Of a stretch of 64,000 bases of DNA, positions 41,951 through 52,863 are shown piece by piece; position 1 is the stretch's first letter, and the number at the start of each line of letters is the position of its first letter. The stretch is from an uncultured delta proteobacterium (GTDB taxonomy: Bacteria; Desulfobacterota; Binatia; DP-6): NCBI GenBank assembly GCA_963815115.1, contig CAWFFN010000012.1:640001-704000 (forward strand), written 5' to 3'. The notes beneath the pieces are model-generated. The model did no database searches and was not told where the DNA came from. It was given only the letters and a program-made list of their open reading frames with translations. Made by a program: the position numbers and the translations under genes.

Positions 41951-42133
41951 GAGCCGCGCGTCAGCGTCAGCCGAAGCGAGTCATGCCGGTGCCGTATGCC
42001 ACCGGCGGCAGACGTCGGGCAAGTCGTTCGCTCTGCGCGGAGCGCAGCCGGAAGGTTGCACTCGGTGCACGAACGGGCAGGCGCCGGTTGCTGGCCGCAC
42101 TGAATTTCGCGGGGCTGGACACCGTCCAGTCCT

Positions 42134-42150
42134 CTGGCATCGTCCTTGCG
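42134..42150 (+). promoter_or_regulatory. Candidate sigma-54 promoter of the P450 gene
   Basis: CTGGCATCGTCCTTGCG with exact GG-N10-GC spacing, about 27 nt before the ATG and a GGAGG RBS. Confidence 0.6.
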
Positions 42151-42176
42151 TGGATCGAGACGGAGTGGAGGACCCG

Positions 42177-43536
42177 ATGACGACCCTGCCGCCCGGCCCC
42201 GCCATCCCGCGCGTCCTGCAGATGCTGCACTGGATCCGCCGCCCGCTGCCGTTCATGGAGGACTGCGCCCGGGCCTACGGCGACTGCTTCACCATCGGCT
42301 TTCCCAGCATCCCGGGCTCGCCGGCCCGCTCGCGGCGTCCCACCTTCGTCTTCTTCTCCGACCCCGAGGCCATCCGGGAGATCTTCACCGGCGATGGCGA
42401 GGACCTGCGCGCCGGCGAGGCCAACTCGTTCCTGGAGCCGCTCGTGGGCGAGCACTCCCTGCTCCTCCTCGACGGATCGCGCCACCTGCGCGAGCGCCGG
42501 ATGATGCAGCCGCCGTTCCACGGCGAGCGCATGCAGGCCTACGGCGAGGTCATGCGCGACATCACGGCCGCCGCGGTGGACGGCTGGCCCGTCGGCCGGC
42601 CCTTCCCGATCCACCGGGAGATGCAGCGCATCACGCTCGAGGTGATCCTGCGCACGGTGTTCGGGGTCGACGAGGGCCCGCGGCTCACCCGCCTGCGCGA
42701 TCTCCTGACCACGCTGCTCGACAAGGGGACCAGGCCGTACGTCCTGCTGCTGCAGGTCGACCTCGGGCCCTGGTCGCCGTGGGGCCGCCTGATGCGCATC
42801 GGCCGCGAGGTGGACGAGATGCTCTTCGCCGAGATCGCCCGGCGCCGCGCCGGCAACTCCACCGGTCGTACCGACGTCCTCTCGATGCTGGTGGAAGCGC
42901 GCGACGAGCAGGGGCAGCCGATGACCGATCAGGAGCTGCGCGACGAGATGTTCACGCTCCTCGTCGCCGGACACGAGACCACCGCGACCTCGCTCGCGTG
43001 GGCGTTCCACCGACTCCTCGCCAATCCCGCGACCCTCGCGCGGAGCCGCAAGGAGCTCGACCGGATCGCCGGGGGCGGCCCGCTGGAGCCCTCGCGGCAT
43101 GGCGTCGCTCGAGTATCTCGACGCCGTCGCGAAGGAGACCCTCCGCCTGAGCCCCATCCTCCCGATCGTCGGCCGCCGGCTCGCGGTCCCCATGCGGATC
43201 GCCGGCCGCGAGCTGCCCGCCGGCGTGCTCGCCACGCCCTGCATCTACCTCGCTCACCGCCGCCCCGACATCTGGCCGGATCCCGAGCGCTTCGATCCCG
43301 ATCGCTTCGTCGGCCTGCGTCCCAGCCCGTACACCTTCCTTCCCTTCGGCGGCGGCGTCCGGCGCTGCATCGGGATGGCCTTCGCGCTCTACGAGATGAA
43401 GGTCGTGCTGGCCGAGGTGCTCCGCCGCGTCACCCTGCGAGCCGCACCCGGCCACCAGGTGCGTGTCGTGCGGCGAAGCATCACGCTCGCGCCGTCGGCG
43501 GGCATGCCGGTCGTGGTCGACGCCGTGGCCGCGTGA
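42177..43536 (+). CDS. Cytochrome P450 (frameshift near 43095)
   Basis: PPGP, AGHETTA I-helix in frame 1; ETLR, PERFDPDRF, FGGGVRRCIG heme motif in the +1 frame. Confidence 0.9.
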
Positions 43537-43540
43537 GCGG

Positions 43541-44644
43541 CTAGGGCGGAATCCGGGCGGAGAGTGCGGCGCTCGCGGCCTCGATCGGAGCGAGCGCGAC
43601 TCCCAGCGCGTTCCTTGCGTCGGCTGCCCGGCTGGTGACGAGGATCGCCGCGAGTCGTGCCCGCGCCCTGGCGTACAAGCGCGCCTGCCTCTGCTTCTGG
43701 CCGCTTGCCTCGTCTGCGCGCCCGAGGAGCGATGACACCCTCGCGAAGCGCCGGTGGAGCTTCCGTGCCGTCCGCTTCGATCTGCGGTCAGCAGTCGTCG
43801 GGTCGGGCAGGGCGCCGTCGAGGTTCGCGAGGCAGGCGGCGATCGTGCCGCAGCTCGTCGTGGTCGTGCCGCTCGTCTGGAGCCCGATGTCGAACGTCGT
43901 CGTGTAGCCCCCGGACCCGTCGTCGACGAGCGTCAGGAGCAGGTCGCTGCCGCCGCCCTGGTAGATGCCGTCGCCGTCGTTGCGCAGCGTGCGCTGTCCC
44001 CCGGCGGCATAGGGCTGCCGCGTGTGGACGATGTCGGTCAGCTCGTCGTCGAAGTAGAGCTGCGAGGTGAACTCCAGCGCCTCGCTCGCTCTCGGGTCGG
44101 TGCGGAGCTTGAAGTGGATGTGCACCGTGCGGCCCTGGTACCAGCCCGGGTAGATGGTGACGAAGCTCGCCGCGCCGTTCGCATCGGTCACCTGGTAGCC
44201 GCGCAGGAACTTCTCGCCGGTCGTGTCGAAGCTCGGATCGGAGACGTCGGAGTAGACGCCCAGCGCATCGCAGTGCCAGACGTCGACGAGCACACCCTCG
44301 AACGGCACGCACGAGGTGCCGTCGATGCGCGACACGGAGAACGCGAGCGCGAGGCGGACGCCTGCCTTGACGGATCCGTCACTCGGATCGGATCGGATGT
44401 CCGAGCGCTCGAGACGCTCGTCCACGAAGTACGGGCCTTCGGTCTCCTCCGGGCGGACGATGCAGGAAGGCAGGGTGGCGGCCTCGGCGGCCGAGCCGAG
44501 CCTCAAACCCCGGGAGGGGCTCCCGAGGCGTGGGGCGTACGCGAGGAGGAAGGCCCCGCCCGCCGACGCGCCCAGGAGCGCGAGCGCTTCCCGCCGGTCG
44601 AGCAGACGGTGCCGGTCCCGGGTCTTGTGCCGCTCGTGATCCAT
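43541..44644 (-). CDS. Tat-exported intradiol ring-cleavage dioxygenase-like protein with basic helical C-terminal extension
   Basis: LLDRREALALL Tat-like signal; TEGPY, VWHCDALGVYS, FLRGYQ, YPGWYQGRTVHIH. Confidence 0.85.
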   Translation of the reverse strand: MDHERHKTRDRHRLLDRREALALLGASAGGAFLLAYAPRLGSPSRGLRLGSAAEAATLPSCIVRPEETEGPYFVDERLERSDIRSDPSDGSVKAGVRLALAFSVSRIDGTSCVPFEGVLVDVWHCDALGVYSDVSDPSFDTTGEKFLRGYQVTDANGAASFVTIYPGWYQGRTVHIHFKLRTDPRASEALEFTSQLYFDDELTDIVHTRQPYAAGGQRTLRNDGDGIYQGGGSDLLLTLVDDGSGGYTTTFDIGLQTSGTTTTSCGTIAACLANLDGALPDPTTADRRSKRTARKLHRRFARVSSLLGRADEASGQKQRQARLYARARARLAAILVTSRAADARNALGVALAPIEAASAALSARIPP

Positions 44645-44759
44645 CCGTCCACCGCCTTTGCTGGACTTGAACGGGTGGCCTGTCAAAACCCGTCGGTCGT
44701 GGGGCGGCGCGGCGGGCCGACGCCGTTGCGTCCCTGCTCGAACCGGCTACCCTCCGCGC

Positions 44760-45736
<977 letters not shown>

Positions 45737-45740
<4 letters not shown>

Positions 45741-46894
45741 CCGCCCACCCGCGGCAGCACGCGCGTCGCGAACAGGTCGATGGACCGCATGAGGGCCGCG
45801 TGGGGGACGAGTCCGTTGTACGTCCACGCGAAGAGCCAGTCGACGGGCAGGCGCGCGCGGAGGTGCTCGAGCTGGCGCGCCACCGTGTCGACGGAGCCGA
45901 CCAGCGCCAGGCCGGCGTCGAACAGATCGGGCCGCGGGCCGCCCGCCGGGTCGTCGAGCCCGCGACTGAAGCCGAAGGGCTCGAACCAGGCGGCACCGCA
46001 GAAGGCGCCGCTGTCGCGCCACAGCGCCATCGCCTCCTCGTCGGTCGGCGCCACCACGACGTCGCGCAGCACCCCCACGCCGTCGCCGGGCGGCCGGCGC
46101 GACACCTCGGCGTAGAGCGCGACCAGCCGCGTCTCGAGCGTCGGATGGAGCGGCGGCAGCACGGCCGTCACCCCTTCCTCCGCGCACCAGCGGATGCTGC
46201 GCTCGGAGGACGCGAAGGGCTGGAAGATGGGTGGGTGCGGGCGCTGGAGGGGCTTCGGGACGACGCTCACGGCCCGGACGATGCCGTCGCTCACCCCGGC
46301 GCCCCACTGCCGGGTGGCGTCGAGGTCCCAGGCGGTGCGGCCGGCCGGAATCCGCCAGTAGCGGCCGTCGTGCGTCAGCAGGTCGTCCGTCCATGCCTTC
46401 TTGACGATCTGGAAGCACTCCTCGAACGCGGCCCGGTTGGCCTCGTCGATGGCATCGTGCTCGTGCGGGACGGCGCCATGGATGCCGTGCGTCTGCTGCG
46501 CCATGACGTCGACCCAGCGCCGCTGGTAGCCGCGGGCGAACCCCGCGTTCGCGCGCCCGCCCGTCATGTGGTCGAGCATCGCGATCTCCTCGGCGACGCG
46601 GATCGGATTGCTGGCCGGCAGCACGATGCCGAGCTGGCCCACGCGGATGCGCTTCGTCTGCAGGCCGACGAACAGGTCGAGCAGCACGGGGCTGTTCGAC
46701 AGCTCGAAGCCCTCGACGTGGAAGTGGTGCTCGGTGAAGCTGATCGAGTCGTAGCCGAGATCGTCGGCGAGGCGCGCCTGCTCGGCCAGCTCGGCGAGCA
46801 TGCGGCCGTAGAGGTCGCGGCGCAGGCCCGCCAGGCCGCGCTCGATCTCGGCGCGGCTGCCGATCGACGGGAGGTAGAAGAGCGAGACCTTCAC
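45737..46894 (-). CDS. LLM-class flavin-dependent oxidoreductase (luciferase-like)
   Basis: FTEHHF, RVAEEIAMLDHMTGGR, PKPLQRPHPP. Confidence 0.9.
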
Positions 46895-46909
46895 GTCGGG
46901 CCGCGGCGC

Positions 46910-47242
46910 TCAGTCGTCCTTGCGCGAGAGGTATTCCGCCAGGACGTTCCGGCTGTGCTCGTCGTCGTGGCAGTAGGCGCACAGGTTCTCCCAGTTGCTG
47001 CCGTCGGGCGGGTTGTTGTGATGGTTGCCGTCCTTGTGGTGCACGGTGAGGAGATGCAGGTCGGCGCGCTCGAACTCGCGCGCGCACTTGGCGCAGATCC
47101 AGCCGTGCAGCGCGAGGGAGCGCTCGCGATACCCTTGCTGCCGCGCCCGTGCGGCATCCGTCGCCTCGCGCACGAGGGCGTCGACGTCGGGAGCCGGTCC
47201 CTTGCGCGGCCGCCGCGAGGGACGGAAGCTGCGTGTCGGCAT
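46910..47242 (-). CDS. yajD: YajD-family HNH nuclease
   Basis: YRERSL...WICAKCAREF...LTVHHKDGNHHNNPPDGSNWENLCAYCHDDEH. Confidence 0.88.
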   Translation of the reverse strand: MPTRSFRPSRRPRKGPAPDVDALVREATDAARARQQGYRERSLALHGWICAKCAREFERADLHLLTVHHKDGNHHNNPPDGSNWENLCAYCHDDEHSRNVLAEYLSRKDD

Positions 47243-47342
47243 GAGGAAATGATAGACCACTGCTGCGGGACGTGCACACTCCACCGGACCAGCCTCAACC
47301 CGAGATACCGAACTGTAGGCTCGAGTGCTGCATCAACTCGGC

Positions 47343-47369
47343 TTGACCTCCTGTGCTACTTGTAGCACA
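47343..47369 (+). promoter_or_regulatory. TA promoter/operator
   Basis: TTGACC followed by the perfect inverted repeat TGTGCTAC-TT-GTAGCACA (47352-69) abutting the antitoxin ATG. Confidence 0.7.
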
Positions 47370-47614
47370 TGACGATCATGCGGTCGGCTGGTATCCGTGA
47401 AGCGCGGCAGAATCTCTCGGCGCTCCTCGAGGAGGTGCGCAAGGGCCGCGAAGTCGTCCTCACGGACCGTGGCCGCCCCGTGGCCCGTCTCGTTCCGCCG
47501 GAGCCCACGTCGCAGCGAGCGGTCTCCGATCATCGGCGGCTTCGCGCCAGCATTCGACTGAGAGGGCGGCCGCTTTCGGACACGGTTGCGGACGAACGTG
47601 GAGATCGCGTCTAG
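47369..47614 (+). CDS. Type II antitoxin, Phd/YefM family
   Basis: GIREARQNLSALLEEVRKGREVVLTDRGRPVARLVP. Confidence 0.9.
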   Translation: MTIMRSAGIREARQNLSALLEEVRKGREVVLTDRGRPVARLVPPEPTSQRAVSDHRRLRASIRLRGRPLSDTVADERGDRV

Positions 47615-48056
47615 CCCGGTGTATGTCGACACCAGCGCGCTGGCCAAGCTCTACGTGCCGGAGCCCTGGTCCGACGAGCTGGAGGCGGTCCTGGTCGGCC
47701 GCCGCGATGTCGTGGTCTCGGAGCTTGCGGTCACCGAACTGACGTCGGCCCTCGCGCGCCGGGTGCGCGACGAGGAGGTGTCGTCGGCAGACGCGCGGCG
47801 AGTGTACCAGCGTGTCCTGCGTGACCTCGTGAGCGGGGAGTTTCAGCGTGGGGAACTGACAGCCGGCGCGCATCGCGAGGCGGAGCGCCTGCTGCTGGCG
47901 CTCGGGCCGCGCACGGTTCTGCGAGCAGCCGATGCGCTCCACCTTGCCCTGGCCGGGCTTCTCGGAGCGCGCGTCCTCATGACGTTCGACAAGCGGATGT
48001 CTGCGGCTGCGGAGGCGCTCGGGACGCTCGAGCTTCCCGCGAGGAACCTGGTCTGA
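47598..48056 (+). CDS. Type II toxin, VapC/PIN domain (start uncertain)
   Basis: YVDTSALAK, LRAADALHLA, TFD; overlaps the antitoxin end. Confidence 0.88.
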   Translation: MEIASSPVYVDTSALAKLYVPEPWSDELEAVLVGRRDVVVSELAVTELTSALARRVRDEEVSSADARRVYQRVLRDLVSGEFQRGELTAGAHREAERLLLALGPRTVLRAADALHLALAGLLGARVLMTFDKRMSAAAEALGTLELPARNLV

Positions 48057-48057
48057 C

Positions 48058-48261
48058 GTGCTTCGTACCGTCCTCGTGACCTCCAACGCCGCCGACATGG
48101 CACTCGCGCGCTCGATCCTCGGCGCCGCCGGCGTGGACTACGTGCTGCACAACGAGCACGCCCTGCTCGTGCCGCTCGTGGGCGGGGTCGAGCTGCTGGT
48201 CGACCATGACGATCTCGACGACGCGACGGCGCTCCTGCGGCACGCCGGGCTGCTCGGTTGA
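48058..48261 (+). CDS. Small DUF2007-like (putative signal-transducing) protein
   Basis: ARSILxAAGV...GGVELLV..DD...A pattern, 67 aa. Confidence 0.6.
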   Translation: MLRTVLVTSNAADMALARSILGAAGVDYVLHNEHALLVPLVGGVELLVDHDDLDDATALLRHAGLLG

Positions 48262-48285
48262 GCCCCCGCCCGGTCCTCGATCTGC

Positions 48286-48315
48286 TTGACAATTGGTTGG
48301 ACCACCGGGTAACTG
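48286..48315 (+). promoter_or_regulatory. Sigma-70 promoter with overlapping FadR/PdhR-type GntR operator
   Basis: TTGACA (48286-91) followed by AATTGGT-TGG-ACCA (PdhR-like AATTGGTnnnACCAATT), weak -10 near 48309-15. Confidence 0.7.
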
Positions 48316-48322
48316 GGCAACG

Positions 48323-49085
48323 ATGCCCGGCGCCAGAATCGTGCCCTTCCGGCCCCCGACGCGGCGCCGGCTGCACGAGGCGGTCGCCGACCAGCTGCGC
48401 GACGCCATCCTCGATTGCCGATTCGCCGCCGGCCAGAAGCTCCCGCCCGAGCGCGAGCTGGCGGCCGAGTTCCGCGTCAATCGCACCTCGGTGCGCGAGG
48501 CGATCAAGGTGCTCGAGGGGCTCGGGCTGGTGCAGGTGCGCCAGGGCGACGGCGTCACGGTACGGCCCCTGGTCGAGGCGTCGCTCGGGGTGCTCGGCGC
48601 CGATGATCTTCCACGACGGGCGGGTCGATGGCGGCCTCATGGCCGATTTGAGCGAGGTCATGCAGCCGCTGCTGCTCGAGCTCGCGCGCGTGGCGATCGA
48701 CCGCCATCGTCCCGAGCACCTGACGGCCCTGCGCCAGCTGCGCGACCAGATCGCGGATTCGACGCGCGCCCCCGAGGCTCGCTACGCCTCGTGGCGCGAC
48801 CTGATCGTGCTGCTCGCCGACATGACCGGCAACCGGGTCTGGCGCATGCTCGCCCGGCGCACGCGCGACTTCCTCGCCTCGCCGCCTCTGGCGGAGACGC
48901 GCCGGCGGCTGCGGCGCGATCCCGGGCACATCGTGCCGCTGATCGATGCCGGACTCGCCGCCATCGACGCCGGTCGCACCGCGGCCGCCGTCGACGCCAT
49001 CCAGCGCATCCTGCATCTCGCGGGAGACACCCGGACCGAGCCCACGCCGCGGAGAAGCCCGGCGACGAAAGGAACCAGACGATGA
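48323..49085 (+). CDS. GntR/FadR-family regulator (frameshift near 48598)
   Basis: KLPPERELAAEFRVNRTSVREAIKVLEGLGLV wHTH; C-terminal helical domain with TGNRVW in the +1 frame. Confidence 0.85.
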
Positions 49086-50185
49086 GCGACTTCATGCTCG
49101 AGACTCCGACCCAGGAGCCCGAGCTCGCCAGCGCGATGAAGGTGGTCTACCAGTGGAACTACGGCTCCGAGGTGGACGAGCTGCGCCGGCTCTACGTCAA
49201 GGCCGCCGAGGCGCAGTGGGTGGCCGAGCGCGACATCGACTGGGACCGGCCGATCGATCTCCGCAAGTTCGCCACCACGCCGGTCGGCGGCGGCGCCGTG
49301 CCGATCGAGCGCAACTCGTACTGGCGGAGCCTTCCGGAGGAAACGCGCTTCGAGCTCACGCGGCGCACGGCCGCGTTCCGGCTGAGCAACTTCCTGCACG
49401 GCGAGCAGGGCGCGCTCATGGTGGCGGCGCAGCTCGTGAACGCGGTGCCGCACACCGATGCGAAGTTCTACGCCGCCACGCAGACGATGGACGAGGCGCG
49501 GCACGTGGAGGTGTTCTCCCGCTACCTCGAGAAGCTCGACGGGCTGCGTCCCATCGCGGAGCCGCTCAAGCGCATCCTCGACGCCACCCTCCAGACCGGC
49601 GACTGGCTGAAGAAGCTCGTCGGCATGCAGATCGTGGTGGAGGGGCTCGCGCTCTACAGCTTCCGCGAGATGCGGGTTCTCACCGAGGAGCCCCTGCTGA
49701 AGGACATCCTCACGTACGTGGCGCGCGACGAATCCCGCCACCACGCCTACGGCGTGCAGTACGTCGAGCGCTGCGTCCCGCTGCTCGGCGACGCCGAGCG
49801 CGAGGAGCTGGAGGATTTCGCCCTCGAGGCCGCCCAGACCGTGGTCGACAACCGCAACCAGCAGGGCCTGTTCATGGCGCTCCTCGAGAGCTGGTCGGAA
49901 GCGGGCGTCGACGTGATGGAGCTGTTCGCCTGCATGCAGCGCGAGCGTGACGAGCTGGCGCGCGACCTCCCCAAGGTGCGCCGGCTCGGGCCGGTCCAGG
50001 GCTTCGTCGTCCCGACCCTGCGGCGCTGCGGGCTGCTCAGCGAGCGGGTCGCCAGCCGCTTCCACGAGTTCCTCCAGGGCAACCTCGGGAGCCGCATCGT
50101 GGGCGAGGACGTGCACGAGTTCCTGCGCCGGGTGCCGGACCTGCCGGAAGACACCGCGGGCTGGGTGCTGGGGGAGCTGGGCTGA
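49082..50185 (+). CDS. Ferritin-like diiron protein (AurF-like oxygenase family)
   Basis: HGEQGA...DEARH...VVEGLA...DESRH diiron ligand pattern; ATGA-coupled to the regulator. Confidence 0.85.
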   Translation: MSDFMLETPTQEPELASAMKVVYQWNYGSEVDELRRLYVKAAEAQWVAERDIDWDRPIDLRKFATTPVGGGAVPIERNSYWRSLPEETRFELTRRTAAFRLSNFLHGEQGALMVAAQLVNAVPHTDAKFYAATQTMDEARHVEVFSRYLEKLDGLRPIAEPLKRILDATLQTGDWLKKLVGMQIVVEGLALYSFREMRVLTEEPLLKDILTYVARDESRHHAYGVQYVERCVPLLGDAEREELEDFALEAAQTVVDNRNQQGLFMALLESWSEAGVDVMELFACMQRERDELARDLPKVRRLGPVQGFVVPTLRRCGLLSERVASRFHEFLQGNLGSRIVGEDVHEFLRRVPDLPEDTAGWVLGELG

Positions 50186-51360
50186 TGCCAGCCCAGCCGA
50201 GCATCCAGGGCCACTGCGACCGCCGCTTCGCCGCCGTCCGCGCGGCGTTCGCCGACAACTTCGAGCATCGCAACGAGATCGGAGCCGCCGTCGCCGTGGT
50301 GGTCGACGGCGAGCCCGTGGTCGACCTGTGGGCCGGCCACGCCGACGAGGCGAGCACGCGGTCCTGGGAGCGCGACACCCTCGCCAACGTCTACTCCTGC
50401 ACCAAGGCCATGACGGCGCTGTGCGCGCATCGCCTGATCGAGCGCGGCCTGCTCGACCTCGACGCGCCCGTCGCCGAGTACTGGCCCGAGTTCGCGCAGG
50501 CCGGCAAGGCGAGCGTGCCGGTGCGCTGGCTGCTGTCGCACCGCGCCGGGCTGGCGGGGGTGAAGCCCATCCTGCCCGGGGAGGCGCTCTACGACTGGGA
50601 CGCGATGTGCACGGCGCTCGCCGCCCAGGAGCCGTGGTGGACGCCCGGCGCGGCGCACGGCTATCACGCGGTCACCTTCGGCTGGCTCGTCGGCGAGGTG
50701 GTACGCCGCATCACGGGCCGCAGCCTCGGCACCTACTTCGGCGAGGAGATCGCCGGACCTCTCGGCCTCGACTTCCACATCGGGCTTCCCGAGTCCGAGC
50801 ACGACCGCGTCGCGGAGCTCACGATGCTCCCGCTGCCGTCGCCCGAGGACGACACGATGCAGCTCGGCATGCTCATCTTCTCCGATCCGGAGGGTGTCAC
50901 CGCGCGTGCGTTCATGAACCCGCCGTCGCTGGCGCACGGGGTGAACCACACCGCGTGGCGGACGGCGGAGATTCCCGGCGCCAACGGGCACGCGACCGCC
51001 CGGGCGCTGGCGCGTGTCTACGGCGTCCTCGCCCGGGGCGGCGACGAGGACGGCGTCCACCTGCTCGACGCCGCCAGCATCGAGCGTTGCCGCGAGGAGC
51101 AGTCGCACGGCCCCGACGTGGTGCTCCAGATCGCGACCCGCTTCGGCCTCGGCTTCATGCTGTCGCAGGAGCGACCCGACGCCCGCTTCGGGCCCAGCCG
51201 CGGCGCCTTCGGTCATCCCGGCGCGGGCGGTTCCGTCGGCTTCGCCGATCCCGAGACCCGGGTCGGCTTCGGCTACGTGATGAACCGCACGGGGCCGCAC
51301 ATCCTGCTCGACCCGCGGGCCACGGCGCTGATCGACGCGGTGTACGGGTCGCTGCGCTAG
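50185..51360 (+). CDS. Serine hydrolase (family VIII esterase / beta-lactamase-related)
   Basis: YSCTK SxxK, LLSHRAGL, GYHAVTFG, FGHPGAGGS. Confidence 0.9.
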   Translation: MPAQPSIQGHCDRRFAAVRAAFADNFEHRNEIGAAVAVVVDGEPVVDLWAGHADEASTRSWERDTLANVYSCTKAMTALCAHRLIERGLLDLDAPVAEYWPEFAQAGKASVPVRWLLSHRAGLAGVKPILPGEALYDWDAMCTALAAQEPWWTPGAAHGYHAVTFGWLVGEVVRRITGRSLGTYFGEEIAGPLGLDFHIGLPESEHDRVAELTMLPLPSPEDDTMQLGMLIFSDPEGVTARAFMNPPSLAHGVNHTAWRTAEIPGANGHATARALARVYGVLARGGDEDGVHLLDAASIERCREEQSHGPDVVLQIATRFGLGFMLSQERPDARFGPSRGAFGHPGAGGSVGFADPETRVGFGYVMNRTGPHILLDPRATALIDAVYGSLR

Positions 51361-52809
51361 CGGCGCGCCCGCCCGGTGCGGGCCGCGGCCGCGAGCTTGC
51401 TGTGGGTGCGCCCGTAGGTCAGGTAGATCACCAGCCCGATCGCCAGCCAGACCGCGAGGCGGAGCCAGTTCTCCCAGCCCAGCGCGAGCATCATCGTCAG
51501 GTTCATCCCCATGCCCGCGAGCGGTACCCAGGGAACCCACGGCGTGTGGAAGGGACGGGGCAGGTCGGGATTGGTGCGCCGCATGATGATGACCGCCGCG
51601 CACACGATGACGAACGCCATCAGCGTGCCGATGTTGACCAGGTCGGCGAGCAGCTTGAGCGGGAAGAGCGCGCCGGCGAACGCCACCAGGATGCCGGTCA
51701 GGATGGTCGCCTTGTGCGGGGTGCGGAAGCGCGGGTGAACCGCGCCGAAGAAGCTGCGCGAGATCAGCCCGTCGCGCGCCAGCGCGAGCAGGATGCGCGG
51801 CCTGGCTCAGCAGCAGCACCAGCAGCACGCTCGTGATGCCGACCACGGCGCCGAGCGCGATCAGGAGCTGTGCCGTGGCGAGGCCGCGGCTGGCGAAAGC
51901 CTCCGCCACCGGCGCGTCGAGGTTGATCTGCTGGTACGGCACCATGCCGGTCAGGACGCCGGCGACCAGGATGTAGAGCACCGTGCACAGCAGCAGCGAG
52001 ACGATGATGCCGATGGGCACGTCGCGCTGCGGGTTGCGGGCCTCCTCGGCGTGGGTCGAGACCGAGTCGAAGCCGATGTAGGCGAAGAAGATGTACGCCG
52101 CGCCCCGGAGCACGCCCGGCACGCCGTACGGCATGAAGGGATGCCAGTTCGCCGTATTGATGTGGCGGGCGCCGAGGATGATCACGAAGAGCACCACCGC
52201 GAGCTTGAGGATCACCATGGCGGCGTTGAACCCGGCACTTTCACGGATGCCGATCACCAGCACCACGGTGACCAGCAGCACGATGACGAAGGCGGGCAGG
52301 TTCATGATCGCGCCCGTCGCGACCCATCCGAGCGCCGGATCGAAGTCGAAGGGGCTCCCGATCCACGCCGCCGGCAGGACGATGCCGAAGATGCCGAGGA
52401 AGGAGACGAAGTAGTGCGACCAGCCGTGCGCCACGGTACTCGAGGCGACGGCGTACTCGAGGACGAGGTCCCAGCCGATGATCCACGCCAGCAGCTCGCC
52501 GAGCGTCGCGTAGGCGTAGGTGTAGGCGCTGCCGGCGACCGGGACCATGGCGGCGAACTCCGCGTAGCACAGGGCCGCGAGCGCACAGCCGGTGCCCGAG
52601 ACGACGAACGACAGCGCCAGCGCGGGCCCGGCGTAGCGGTTCGCCGCCAGCCCCGTGAGCACGAAGATGCCGGCACCGATGATCGCGCCCACGCCGAGCG
52701 CGGTGAGGCTGACGGGACCCAGCACCCGCCGCAGCCCGTGGTCGCCTTCCGTCTCGGCGAGGAGGACGTGCACCGGCTTGGTCGCGAACAGCTGCTCCCG
52801 CAACGTCAT
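51357..52809 (-). CDS. APC-family cationic amino acid permease (frameshift near 51800)
   Basis: LGVGAIIGAGIF, CYAEFA, GSAYTY, AYIGFD, EEARNPQR; SQ/PRILLALARDG across the shift; LVNIGTL. Confidence 0.9.
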
Positions 52810-52863
52810 CTTCCGTCCGCTTCCCTCCCGGGGGGCACGTCCCGCGCGCCGCCGCTAACAGGT

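Noticed and set aside
41920-42000. GGCAAAC end of the repeat arm as a c-di-GMP-I riboswitch
   Set aside because: The following GAAA-loop stem and GACGCAAAGC segment are absent, and the element lies 3' of genes.
46910-47242. HNH gene as a homing endonuclease or defence island marker
   Set aside because: Matches the conserved chromosomal YajD family; no intron, methylase or other defence genes adjacent.
50185-51360. Antibiotic-resistance beta-lactamase (also the MBL-fold gene at 35337-36098)
   Set aside because: No signal peptides; motifs fit a family VIII esterase and an AHL-lactonase-like hydrolase.
49747-52809. 1020-aa permease fusion and 630-aa GntR-diiron fusion (48293-50185) in the ORF track
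   Set aside because: Artefacts of frameshift read-through; the separate genes have their own starts and stops.
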